64,000 bases of DNA from Candidatus Aldehydirespirator sp. (GTDB lineage: Bacteria > Actinomycetota > Acidimicrobiia > Acidimicrobiales > Aldehydirespiratoraceae). The notes beneath the pieces are model-generated. The model worked only from the letters and a program-made list of their open reading frames with translations. It searched no databases and was not told the DNA's origin. The DNA lies in assembly GCA_965203635.1 (NCBI GenBank), contig OZ241903.1:3047547-3111546 (forward strand). Direction: 5' to 3'. Positions 1-8,625 of the stretch are shown here, piece by piece; position 1 is the stretch's first letter; the number at the start of each line of letters is the position of its first letter. The position numbers and the translations under genes were made by a program.

Positions 1-275
1 TGCTGGTGGACCATGCCGATGCCGGCGTCGATGGCGTGGGCGGGGCTGCGGAAGTCCCGCTCGGTCCCGTCCACGATCACCTGGCCGGCATCGGCGCGGT
101 AGATGCCGGCCAGGATGTTGCACAGCGTGGTCTTGCCCGCCCCGTTCTCGCCCACCAGGGCGTGAACCTCGGACCAGCTCACCTCGAAGTCGACCGCGTC
201 GAGGGCGGCCACGCCCCCGAAGGCCTTCGATATGCCCCGCGCCTCTACCGAGGGCCGTTTGCCGTCGCCGGTCAA
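1..275 (-). CDS. ABC transporter ATP-binding protein, N-terminal part (gene runs off the left edge)
   Basis: Minus-strand translation from TTG at 275 reads LTGDGKRPSVEARGISKAFGGVAALDAVDFEVSWSEVHALVGENGAGKTTLCNILAGIYRADAGQVIVDGTERDFRSPAHAIDAGIGMVHQ, with Walker A GENGAGKTT. It lies 31 nt downstream of the BMP binding-protein gene on the same strand. It is absent from the ORF track because it is open at the window edge. Start codon is uncertain. Confidence 0.75.
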   Translation of the reverse strand, partial: MTGDGKRPSVEARGISKAFGGVAALDAVDFEVSWSEVHALVGENGAGKTTLCNILAGIYRADAGQVIVDGTERDFRSPAHAIDAGIGMVHQ

Positions 276-306
276 CTCAGTCGTGGCTGCTGCCTGGTAT
301 CAGGGC

Positions 307-1515
307 TCAGACGGGCGAGATGCCGGTGACGCCGTCGACCGGCCAGTCGATGGCGTAGGCGCCCAGCGAATCGATGGTCTCGCCCGCGGCCAGCCTCTCA
401 TTGCCCTCGTTGTCGTTGAGCGGGCCCTCGTACACGTGGAGTTCGCCGCTGTCGAGCTTGGCTCCGGCGTCATGTACTGCGTCCTGCACGTCCTGGGGCA
501 CGTTGGGGCCGAAGTCGCCGATCGGCGTGTCCAGCAGCCACACCTCGTCCTGGGACACCCAGGTGCCGTCCAGCACCCGCTGGCACTGCTCGGTGTAGAA
601 CGGCCCGAACTCCGACAGGTCGAAGTGGGACACGTACTTGGTGGGCGCAGCGGAACGGAAGTCGAGGTTCCAGTAGCCGGTCCACACGCCGGCCTCCTCC
701 GACAACTGCAGGAAGGTGGGCTCGTCCATCACGCCGAACAGGAAGTCGACGCCGGCATCGAGCAGCGCGTTGGCCGCCTGGGCCGCCTTCTGCGGATCGA
801 AGAACGTGCTGACCAGCACGGTCTCCACCGTCGCGTCGGGATTGACCGACCTGGCACCGAGCAGCAGTCCGTTCACGTCGTTGAACGCGGTAGCGGTGGG
901 GAAGGCGCCGATGTAGCCGATGCGGCCGTTGCCGGCGAGGTGCCCGGCGGCCACGCCCAGCTGGTAGGCGGTCTTCTCGTGGGCCAGGTAGAACGGGAAC
1001 AGGTTGTCGCTGTAGTAGTGCCCGTTGATCTCGCAGAACTTGGTGTCGGGAGCGTTGTCCGACACCTCGGTCAGCAGCCCGGCGTACTCGGTGTTGGCGA
1101 AGATGATGTCGTTGCCGTCGTCCACCAGCTGCTGGAAAGTCTCGGTCGTCCCGGCGTCGAAGCCGATGTTCGGCACGAACGAGGTCTCCAAACGGTCGCC
1201 GAGAGCGGCCTGCGCGGCGAGGCGGCCCCGATCGTGCTCCTGGGTCCAGCCGTTGTCGTCGGGCGGGCCGATGTACACCCACGCGGCCTTGATCGACTCC
1301 TTGCCCGCAGGCGCCGCCGTGGTGGTGGCCGCGGTCGTGGCCGGCGCCGCGGTCGTGGCCGGCGCGGCCTCCTCGTCGTCCCCGCAGGCGGCGAGCAGCG
1401 ATCCGCCGACCGCGAGGCCGCCGATTCCGGCGACACCCATCTTGAGCGCCTGGCGGCGCGAGACGGTTGCGCTTGGCGGGAGGATCAACCCACGATTCCT
1501 CTTGTTGTCAGCCAT
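307..1515 (-). CDS. BMP-family (PnrA/Med-like) ABC transporter substrate-binding lipoprotein, probably nucleoside-binding
   Basis: 402-aa ORF. The N-terminus SRRQALKMGVAGIGGLAVGGSLLAACGDDEE looks like a Tat-like signal plus lipobox Cys. An A/T/P-rich linker follows, then a BMP-like body (GYIGAFP, FDPQKAAQAANALLDAGVDFLFGV). An ABC ATPase gene sits immediately downstream. Confidence 0.85.
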   Translation of the reverse strand: MADNKRNRGLILPPSATVSRRQALKMGVAGIGGLAVGGSLLAACGDDEEAAPATTAAPATTAATTTAAPAGKESIKAAWVYIGPPDDNGWTQEHDRGRLAAQAALGDRLETSFVPNIGFDAGTTETFQQLVDDGNDIIFANTEYAGLLTEVSDNAPDTKFCEINGHYYSDNLFPFYLAHEKTAYQLGVAAGHLAGNGRIGYIGAFPTATAFNDVNGLLLGARSVNPDATVETVLVSTFFDPQKAAQAANALLDAGVDFLFGVMDEPTFLQLSEEAGVWTGYWNLDFRSAAPTKYVSHFDLSEFGPFYTEQCQRVLDGTWVSQDEVWLLDTPIGDFGPNVPQDVQDAVHDAGAKLDSGELHVYEGPLNDNEGNERLAAGETIDSLGAYAIDWPVDGVTGISPV

Positions 1516-1557
1516 GTGAAATGCCTTTCTGGTATCGAGATTCTCTCAGGGTGAGAT

Positions 1558-2580
1558 CTAGTCGAGTTGGGCGGCCAGCTCGTCGAACTCGATGGCCCAC
1601 TCGCGGCGCATGCGGCGCTTCTCGGGCTCGCCGAGCCAGGAGCCGTCGATGCCGTTGAGCATGCACTGGCGGAAGTCCTCCACCTCGAAGCCCATGTGGT
1701 TGTGGGCCATGATGTAGTCCTTGGTGGGGTCGGTCTTGAACATGGGCGGGTCGTCGCAGTCCAGGCTGATCTTGATGCCGAACTCGCGCATCTGCCCGAT
1801 CGGGTGGTTGTCGAAGTCGTCGTTGAAGTAGACCCAGGCGGTCGACACCGGCGTGCACGTGAAGACCACGCCCTCGTCGCGGCAGCGGCGCATGATGGCC
1901 TCGCTCTCGACCACGTGGTAGCCGTGGTCGACCCGCTCGCAGTTGAGCAGGTCGAGGCAGGTCTCGATATTGCGGGGCGGGGCGTCCTCGGACTGGTGGG
2001 CGGTCAGGTGCAGCCCGGCCCGCTCGGCCATGCGGTAGGCCTTCCAGAACCGCTCCGGCGGGTATTCGGCCTCGGCGTAGTCCATCCCGATGCCGATCAC
2101 CTCCTCCCGGGGATGGTCGAGGAGGGTCTCCACCATGGAGACGCCCAGCTCGGGGGTCTCCATGCGGTTGATGGCCGCTATCAGGCGGCACTCGACGCCG
2201 TGGTCGGTGCGGGCTGCATTGATCCCGTCGATGAGGCCGTCGACGCAGGTGTCGTAGTCCACCCCGGCCGCCATGTGGGCGGTGGGATTGAAGAACATCT
2301 CCCGGTAGCGGACGTTGTGGTCGGCCGCCTCGGTGAGGGTCTCGTAGCAGATGCGCTCGAAGTCCTCCCTGTCGATCACGCCCAACGACGTGTTGTCGTA
2401 CATGTGGAGGAACTTGTAGATGTCGGGGTAGTCGTAGAGGTCCTCGGGCTCCTCGTAGTCGGGCAGGGGCACGTCGTGCTTGTTGCACAGCTCGACCGCG
2501 GTCCGGGCCTGAACCGACCCCATAAGGTGCAGATGAAGGCTCACCTTCGGTATCGCCTTCAGGAAGGAATCCATGTCCAT
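1558..2580 (-). CDS. add: adenosine deaminase family protein
   Basis: Metal-binding HxH motif in VSLHLHLMGS. Family motifs LTAHQSED and SLDCDDPPMF (the S-L-x-x-D-D-P signature of adenosine/AMP deaminases). Start placed at ATG 2580 (MDMDSFLKAIPK), which is preceded by AAGGGGG. The ORF-track start at 2649 is an alternative. Confidence 0.85.
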   Translation of the reverse strand: MDMDSFLKAIPKVSLHLHLMGSVQARTAVELCNKHDVPLPDYEEPEDLYDYPDIYKFLHMYDNTSLGVIDREDFERICYETLTEAADHNVRYREMFFNPTAHMAAGVDYDTCVDGLIDGINAARTDHGVECRLIAAINRMETPELGVSMVETLLDHPREEVIGIGMDYAEAEYPPERFWKAYRMAERAGLHLTAHQSEDAPPRNIETCLDLLNCERVDHGYHVVESEAIMRRCRDEGVVFTCTPVSTAWVYFNDDFDNHPIGQMREFGIKISLDCDDPPMFKTDPTKDYIMAHNHMGFEVEDFRQCMLNGIDGSWLGEPEKRRMRREWAIEFDELAAQLD

Positions 2581-2694
2581 GAGCGCGTCAACCCCCTTGC
2601 CTCGCTCCGTCCCGCGGACACTACCACTAGGCGGCTCACCCCTCGCCAATCCTGAGGTGCGAGCGGATCTGTGCGTGCGTGGGCGGCTAGCCGG

Positions 2695-4065
2695 TTACCA
2701 GAGAGGGGTGGCGGGGTTGCCCTTGAGGGCCTCGCGCCGCTCGAACAGCTCCTCGGCCGCGGCTTGGGCCTCCGCGGCCACAGCCGCCACATCGACGGAG
2801 ACCACCTCGCCGTCCTGCACCAGCCGGCGGCCCTGGACCCACACGTCGCTCACGTCGCGGGAATGGGCGGTGAACACCAGATGGGCGGGGGCGTTGAAGT
2901 GCCGGCCGTGCATCACCGGCACGAAGTGCAGGCCGCTGATGTCGACCATGGCGATGTCGGCGTCCTTGCCCACCTCGAGGGTGCCGGTCACGTCGTCGAG
3001 GCCGAGGGCGGCCGCTCCCGAGCGGGTGGCCATGTCGAGCACGTCCCAGGGGTCGGCCGCGACCGGGTCGAGGGTGCTGACCTTGGCCAGCAGCGACGCG
3101 AACTTCATCTCGCCCAGCATGTCGAGGTTGTTGTTCTCCTTCTCGCCGTCGGTGCCGAGCCCGACGGTCATCCCCGACGCCCGGTAGTGGTCGATCCGGG
3201 CCGGGCCGGAGGCGATCTTCATGTTGGAGCAGGGGCAGTGGGTGGCGGCAGTGCCGGTGCGGGCCATCAGCTCCACCTCGCGGTCGTCGAGCCACACGCA
3301 ATGGGCCACGACGGTGCGCTCGCCGAGGATGCCCCGGTTGTAGAACTCCTCGATGGGACGCCGCCCGAACTGGCTCAGGCTCTCCTGCACCTCCCACACC
3401 GTCTCCGAGGAGTGGGTGTGGATGCCGGTGTCGAACTCCTCGGCCAGGGCGGCTGCGCCCCGGAACATCTCGGGCGAGCAGTAGAACATGTGCTCCAGCC
3501 CCACCCAGGACCGCACCCGGCCGTCGGCAGCGGTGCGATGGGTCTCCAGCAGGCGCCGGTTCGATTCGAGGGTCTCGAAGTAGTCGTAGCGGTCGGCGGT
3601 GTAGGGGGCCAGCGTGGCCCGGATGCCTATCTCGGTGGCCGCCTCGGCCGAGCCCTCCATGAACCGCCACATGTCGAGCACCGAGGTGGTGCCGCCCCGC
3701 AGGCACTCGGTGTAGGCCATGTAGGAGGCGGCCCTGGCGATCTCGGGGGTCAGGGCCCGGTGAGCAGGGTCGACGTAGTTCTCCAGCCAGTCGAACAGGG
3801 CGAGCCCTTCGGCCGTGCCCCGCAGCAGCCCGGAGTGCAGGTGGGCGTTGTGCATGCCGGGGATCACCACATGGTTGGCCGCGTCGACTACCGGGGCACC
3901 CTCAGCCGCGGGGTGGGCCGCCACGTCGTCGGGTGCGCCGACCGCCGCGATGGCGCCGTCCACGACGAGCACCGAGCCCGGGTCGTGGCTCACCTTGCGG
4001 CCCTCGAGCGGCAGCACGATGCCGTCCCGGATGAGGAAAGTGGTGTCGTTCGCGGTTCCCCTCAC
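2695..4065 (-). CDS. amidohydrolase-superfamily nucleobase/nucleoside deaminase (MTA/SAH-deaminase or guanine-deaminase-like)
   Basis: 456-aa ORF with GTG start after GGAAGG. Motifs are IPGMHNAHLHSG (HxH), VVAHCVWL and GLGTDGEKENN, typical of the chlorohydrolase/MtaD/GuaD branch. It is in the same operon orientation as add. Confidence 0.8.
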   Translation of the reverse strand: MRGTANDTTFLIRDGIVLPLEGRKVSHDPGSVLVVDGAIAAVGAPDDVAAHPAAEGAPVVDAANHVVIPGMHNAHLHSGLLRGTAEGLALFDWLENYVDPAHRALTPEIARAASYMAYTECLRGGTTSVLDMWRFMEGSAEAATEIGIRATLAPYTADRYDYFETLESNRRLLETHRTAADGRVRSWVGLEHMFYCSPEMFRGAAALAEEFDTGIHTHSSETVWEVQESLSQFGRRPIEEFYNRGILGERTVVAHCVWLDDREVELMARTGTAATHCPCSNMKIASGPARIDHYRASGMTVGLGTDGEKENNNLDMLGEMKFASLLAKVSTLDPVAADPWDVLDMATRSGAAALGLDDVTGTLEVGKDADIAMVDISGLHFVPVMHGRHFNAPAHLVFTAHSRDVSDVWVQGRRLVQDGEVVSVDVAAVAAEAQAAAEELFERREALKGNPATPLW

Positions 4066-4157
4066 TGTTGCCGCCTTCCGCTCGATGGTGCCGACGGGCT
4101 CAGTTTGCTACGCCGCGCCGCGCCGCGCCCCAACCGGGGGCGACTGGCGACCGGTGC

Positions 4158-4583
4158 TCAGTGGGAGGCGACCACCACGTTGTCGAGCACCTCGCTGTCG
4201 CCGGTGCGGACGTACCACTCCCAGCGGGATCCGTCGGGATCGGTGAGCCAGGTCTCGGTCTTGGTGGCGTAGCAGCACAGGGTGTCGTCAACCCCGGTGG
4301 TCTCGAGTCCGGCGCCGGTCAGGCGCTGCTCGGCTTCGATCACCTGGTCGCTGGTTTCCGTCTCAACGCCGAGATGGTTGATGGTCCCTCCCGCCCCGCA
4401 GCATCCGGCGGGGTCCGAGGCACCGTCGGCGGCCTCGAAGAGCACCAGTTTCAGGGGCGGCTCGTCGATGGCGAAGTTGGCGTAGCCGGGCCTGCGACGG
4501 GCCGGCTCCGTTCCGAACATGCGCGAGTAGAACTCAACCGCGGCCTCCAGATCGGCGACGTTCAGGGCAAGTTGCAGTCTCAA
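4158..4583 (-). CDS. ArsI/CadI-family glyoxalase-fold metalloprotein
   Basis: TTG start at 4583 follows AAGGAG. The 141-aa product MRLQLALNVADLEAAVEFYSRMFGTEPARRRPGYANFAIDEPPLKLVLFE...INHLGVETETSDQV...DDTLCCYATKTETWLTDPDGSRWEWYV closely parallels CadI/ArsI proteins as I remember them, including the vicinal Cys pair. Only the 3' end of the 663-aa ORF-track entry (4158..6149) is used. Confidence 0.8.
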   Translation of the reverse strand: MRLQLALNVADLEAAVEFYSRMFGTEPARRRPGYANFAIDEPPLKLVLFEAADGASDPAGCCGAGGTINHLGVETETSDQVIEAEQRLTGAGLETTGVDDTLCCYATKTETWLTDPDGSRWEWYVRTGDSEVLDNVVVASH

Positions 4584-4745
4584 CGGCTCTCCTTGACTTC
4601 GTCTCAACCGTCGATTCCAGTTTGTGAACCGACGAACCTCCCAACCCGGACTTGATCCGGGGTATTCCCGCCGAACGGGGGTCGGGAGCCCGCTCCGCGG
4701 GTGGACCGCGGGTTGGCGGGTCCGTGCCCCGGTTAGCTTCTTGTC

Positions 4746-5789
4746 GTGCGGACCCGATACTCCGAGGATCAGCAGGCCGTCGCTGAGGCCTTCGGTGACC
4801 TGTTCGCCCGCGAGGCGACTTCCGAAGCGGTGCGGGCCGCGGAGGCAGGCTGCGGCTTCGACCCCGGCCTGTGGCGCAAGCTCGTCGCCGCGGGCGCGCC
4901 GCAGATGGCGGTGGGCGTCGCCGACGGGGGCGGCGGGGCGTCGCTCGTCGATCTGGCCGTGGTGGTCCACGAATGGGGCCGGCGGATAGCGCCGGTTCCG
5001 CTGGTGGAGCACGCGGTGTGCGCCCGGCTGCTCTCGGCAGCAGGCGGCACTGACCGTCAGCGGGATCTTGCCGCCTCGGTGATCTCCGGCGAGTCGATCG
5101 CCACGCTCGCTCCCGGGCCGGTCGAAGCCGACGGGACCGCCCGGCTCGTACCCGCCGGCGCGGTGGCCGACGTCGTGGCCGCCGGGCGCGGCGACGACAT
5201 CGTGGTCGCCCGCGGCCGACCCCCGGGCGCGGCCCGCCCCAACACCGCGGATCTGCCCCTCGCCGACCGGGATCTCTCCGACGCTGAGACCGTCGCTTCC
5301 GGGGCGGCGGCCGCAAGGGCATGGGACCGCGCCATGGCCGAGTGGAAGGCGCTCATGGCGGTGGCCTACGCCGGTCTGGCCGGCGAGGTGCTGGCCATGG
5401 GCGTGGCCTACACCAAGCAGCGACACCAGTTCGGTGTGCCGGTCGGGTCGTTCCAGGCGGTGCAGCACGGCCTGGCCGATGCGGCCACCCGTAGCGAGGG
5501 GGCCCGGCTGCTCGCCTTCCGGGCCGTCTGCGCCGTCGATGCCGGCCGGGCCGACGGCGCCCGGCTCGCCTCTATGGCGCTGCTGTTCGGGGCCGAGTCG
5601 GCCCGGTTCGCGGCCGACCGGGTGCTCCAGTACCACGGCGGCTACGGCTACAGCGCCGAGTACGACGTCCAGCTCTACTACCGCCGGGCCGCCGGCTGGC
5701 TGCTGCAGCTCGGCGAGCCCGCAGCCGACATCGCTCGACTCGCCGACGCCGACCTCGGCCCCCAGAGGCCGAGCGGGCGGGTGGCGTGA
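4746..5789 (+). CDS. acyl-CoA dehydrogenase family protein (short subunit type)
   Basis: 347 aa. The C-terminal helical-domain motif is FQAVQHGLADAATRSEGARLL...LQYHGGYGYSAEYDVQLYYRRA. Its stop overlaps the start of the next ACAD gene. Confidence 0.8.
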   Translation: MRTRYSEDQQAVAEAFGDLFAREATSEAVRAAEAGCGFDPGLWRKLVAAGAPQMAVGVADGGGGASLVDLAVVVHEWGRRIAPVPLVEHAVCARLLSAAGGTDRQRDLAASVISGESIATLAPGPVEADGTARLVPAGAVADVVAAGRGDDIVVARGRPPGAARPNTADLPLADRDLSDAETVASGAAAARAWDRAMAEWKALMAVAYAGLAGEVLAMGVAYTKQRHQFGVPVGSFQAVQHGLADAATRSEGARLLAFRAVCAVDAGRADGARLASMALLFGAESARFAADRVLQYHGGYGYSAEYDVQLYYRRAAGWLLQLGEPAADIARLADADLGPQRPSGRVA

Positions 5790-6955
5790 TGGACTTCGCC
5801 ATGCCGGCAGGGGCGGAGGCGTTCCGGGAGGAGGTCCAGCAGTTCCTGGCCGACCACCTGACCGGCGAGATGATCGCGGCGACCCGCGACGGCACCATCC
5901 ACTCCCCCGCTCTGCACCGGGCCATCGCGGATCGGGGCTGGCTGTCGGGCGCGGTGCCGGCCGAACTCGGCGGGGGCGGCATGGACCCGGTCGAGCTGTG
6001 CGTGCTGCTCGAGGAGCTGCAGCTCCACCAGGCGCCCGCCGACGCGTTGGGGGTGGCCGTGGTAGCAGTGTCGATGATCCTCGAGCACGGCCGCGATCAT
6101 CTGCGCAGCACGGTGGCCCCCCGGCTGATGTCGGGCGAGGCTCTGGCATGCCTGGGCTACAGCGAGCCCGAGTCGGGCTCGGACGTGGCCGCGGCCCGCA
6201 CCCGGGCCGTGCGCGACGGCGACCGGTGGATCATCAACGGCTCCAAGATGTGGACGACCCTGGCCCACGTGGCCGACTACGTGCTGCTGCTCACCCGGAC
6301 CGACCCCGAGGTGCCCAAGCACCGAGGGCTGACGTTCTTCGTGGTGCCCCTCGACACGGCCGGCATCGAGATCCAGGCCGTCGAGACGATGGGAAACGAG
6401 AGGTCCAACGCCACCTTCTACGACGACGTGGTGCTCGGCGACGAGTGGCGCCTCGGCGAGGTGAACGACGGCTGGACGGTGATGAAGACCGCCCTGAAGT
6501 ACGAGCGGGGCATCGCCGGCGGCCAGTTCCCGTCGCCTCCGGTGATCGAGGCGGCGGTCGACTGGGCCCGCCGGGCCCGCCGGGCCGACGGCAGCCGCCT
6601 CATCGACGACGACGAGGTGCGCCACAGGCTGGTGCGGGCCATGATCGACGTGGAGGTGTGCCGCAGCTTCGCCTACCACACCGCGGCGCTGGCCTCGGAG
6701 GGGGCCATGTTCGGGGTGGAGGGGTCGATGACCAAGCTGTTCGCGTCGGAGTCCTACAAGAAGCACTGCGCCTGGTTCCTCGACATGATGGGCGCCGAGG
6801 GGCTGCTCACCCACGACGATCCCGGCGCCCACATGGAGGGCCGGATCGAGGAGCACTTCCGCCACGCCCCGGTGACCGCCATCTACGGCGGCACCAGCGA
6901 GATCAACCGCAACCTGGTGGCCGAGGGCTGGCTGGGCCTGCCCCGGTCGCGTTGA
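5786..6955 (+). CDS. acyl-CoA dehydrogenase family protein
   Basis: 389 aa. Motifs are GYSEPESGSDVAAARTRAVRDGDRWIINGSKMWTT (the ACAD middle beta-domain signature) and IYGGTSEINRNLVAE. GTG 5786 and ATG 5789 overlap the upstream TGA (GTGATG). Confidence 0.85.
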   Translation: MMDFAMPAGAEAFREEVQQFLADHLTGEMIAATRDGTIHSPALHRAIADRGWLSGAVPAELGGGGMDPVELCVLLEELQLHQAPADALGVAVVAVSMILEHGRDHLRSTVAPRLMSGEALACLGYSEPESGSDVAAARTRAVRDGDRWIINGSKMWTTLAHVADYVLLLTRTDPEVPKHRGLTFFVVPLDTAGIEIQAVETMGNERSNATFYDDVVLGDEWRLGEVNDGWTVMKTALKYERGIAGGQFPSPPVIEAAVDWARRARRADGSRLIDDDEVRHRLVRAMIDVEVCRSFAYHTAALASEGAMFGVEGSMTKLFASESYKKHCAWFLDMMGAEGLLTHDDPGAHMEGRIEEHFRHAPVTAIYGGTSEINRNLVAEGWLGLPRSR

Positions 6956-7001
6956 GCGAGCTTGGAGCGCATCGCTACACGTCGTAGCCTGATCAGTCGC
7001 A

Positions 7002-7075
7002 CGGGACGTGGCGCAGCCAGGTAGCGCACCTGCTTTGGGAGCAGGGGGTCGCCGGTTCAAATCCGGCCGTCCCGA
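7002..7075 (+). tRNA. tRNA-Pro (anticodon UGG)
   Basis: A hand-folded 74-nt cloverleaf fits. Acceptor stem is CGGGACG/CGTCCCG with discriminator A, and D arm is GCGC-AGCCAGGTA-GCGC. Anticodon arm is CCTGC-TTTGGGA-GCAGG (anticodon TGG), variable loop is GGGTC, and T arm is GCCGG-TTCAAAT-CCGGC. No encoded CCA. Confidence 0.9.
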
Positions 7076-7086
7076 CTCGTACCACC

Positions 7087-8625
7087 ATGAGCCAACTTCA
7101 CGAAGCCCAGCGCCGGGCCGATCCGATCAAGCGATATGTAGCGCCCGAGTCGTTGGAGGACGCCTTGGACGTGCTCGCGGCGCGCGGCCCCTCGGCCCGA
7201 GCGATCGCCGGCGGCACCGACCTGCTGCTGGAACTCAGCCGCGGCGCGAGGACCGGCATCGACACGCTCGTTGATCTGAGCGTGCTCGACGGGCTCGACA
7301 CCATCACCGAGCACCGCGGGCGGGTCGAGTTGGGGCCCCTGGTCACCCACGGCGACATAGTCGGGTGGGAGCGGATGCTGTCGGTCGGGCTCCCGCTCGC
7401 GCAGGCCTGCCTGGAGGTCGGGGGTCCGCAGCTTCGCAACCGGGCCACGATCGTCGGCAACATCGTCACGGCCAGCCCCGCCAACGACACCATCTCCGCG
7501 CTGTACGCGCTGGGTGCCGACGTGACCGTCTCGGCGGCCGGAGGCGGCCACCGGACCATGCCGATCGAGGACTTCTTCACCGGTTTCCGCACCACCGCGC
7601 TGGAGCCGGGCGAACTCGTGACCAGGATCTCCTTCGACGCGCTCGGCGGGGGCCGCCGGGGCGTCTTCGTGAAGCTCGGGCTGCGGAGGGCTCAGGCCAT
7701 CTCGGTGGTCCACGCGGCCGCGGTCGTCACCGAGGGCAGCGACGGAACCGTCGCCGACCTGGTGGTGGCCCTCGGCAGCGTCGGCCCGACCATCGAGCTG
7801 GTGGACGCGGCGGCCGGCATAGCCAGGGGCCGGCTCCTCAACGAGGCAGCCGCCGACGTCGCGGCCGCGTCCCGGGCTGCGGTCACACCCATCGACGACC
7901 TGCGCTCCACCGCCGAGTACCGCAGCCACACGGTCGAGGTGGTGGTGGAGCGGGCGCTGCGCTCCCTGGCCGCCGGCACTGAGGCCGCCACCTGGCCCCA
8001 GAGCCCGCCCCGCCTGGTCGTCGTCCCAGACTTCCCGGCACCATCAGCGCCCGAGGAGCCCTCCCGGCGGGAGATCAACAACTCCAGCACCATCACCGCC
8101 AGCATCAACGGCGTCGAGCGCCGCGCCGCCAACGCTGCGGGCCAGACGCTGCTGGACTGGCTGCGATTCGACCTCGGGCTGACCGGCACCAAGGAGGGCT
8201 GCGCCGAGGGCGAGTGCGGAGCCTGCACCGTCCACCTCGACGGCCGGGCCGTGTTGTCGTGCCTGGTGCCCGCCGCCCGCGCCGACGGCACGAGCATCAC
8301 AACAGTCGAGGGCCTGGCCCCGCCCGACGGGAGCCTGCACCCTGTCCAGCAGGCCCTGGCCGACTGCGGGGGCGTCCAGTGCGGCTTCTGCACCCCCGGG
8401 TTCGTGATGAGCGCGGCCATGCTGGCCGACGAGGAGCCCCACCCGAGCCGGGAACAGGTGGAGCACGGCCTGGCCGGGAACCTGTGCCGCTGCACCGGGT
8501 ACTACTCGATCATCGACGCCCTCGCGGGCAGCGGCGAGGAGGCCACACCGCGAATTGGCAGCCGGGAACACCCGAATCGGACTCCCCCGCTGCCAATTCC
8601 TTCCGGCGAGGCCGCGCTCGGATGA
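7087..8625 (+). CDS. xanthine dehydrogenase-family molybdoenzyme, fused FAD-binding and [2Fe-2S] subunit
   Basis: The N-terminal ~290 aa is a CO-dehydrogenase-flavoprotein-type FAD domain (IAGGTDLLLEL, RNRATIVGNIVTASPANDT, STAEYRSH). A P/S-rich linker follows. The C-terminal ~160 aa carries two Fe-S cluster motifs (GCAEGECGACTV, CGFCTPGF, NLCRCTGY). Confidence 0.85.
   Translation: MSQLHEAQRRADPIKRYVAPESLEDALDVLAARGPSARAIAGGTDLLLELSRGARTGIDTLVDLSVLDGLDTITEHRGRVELGPLVTHGDIVGWERMLSVGLPLAQACLEVGGPQLRNRATIVGNIVTASPANDTISALYALGADVTVSAAGGGHRTMPIEDFFTGFRTTALEPGELVTRISFDALGGGRRGVFVKLGLRRAQAISVVHAAAVVTEGSDGTVADLVVALGSVGPTIELVDAAAGIARGRLLNEAAADVAAASRAAVTPIDDLRSTAEYRSHTVEVVVERALRSLAAGTEAATWPQSPPRLVVVPDFPAPSAPEEPSRREINNSSTITASINGVERRAANAAGQTLLDWLRFDLGLTGTKEGCAEGECGACTVHLDGRAVLSCLVPAARADGTSITTVEGLAPPDGSLHPVQQALADCGGVQCGFCTPGFVMSAAMLADEEPHPSREQVEHGLAGNLCRCTGYYSIIDALAGSGEEATPRIGSREHPNRTPPLPIPSGEAALG

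Noticed and set aside
232-4272. Plus-strand ORFs 232..1554, 1567..2655 and 2671..4272
   Set aside because: They are antisense shadows of the BMP, add and amidohydrolase genes. Their translations are low-complexity and lack motifs.
4584-6149. Upstream 520 codons of the 663-aa minus-strand ORF 4158..6149
   Set aside because: They are R/P/G-rich nonsense antisense to the two well-supported ACAD genes. Only the last 141 codons, from an RBS-preceded TTG at 4583, encode a recognisable protein (CadI/ArsI-like).
8214-8621. Upstream extension of the xdh large-subunit ORF (ORF-track start 8214)
   Set aside because: It lies inside the Fe-S domain coding region of the preceding gene. The ATG at 8622 overlaps that gene's stop and gives a typical N-terminus.
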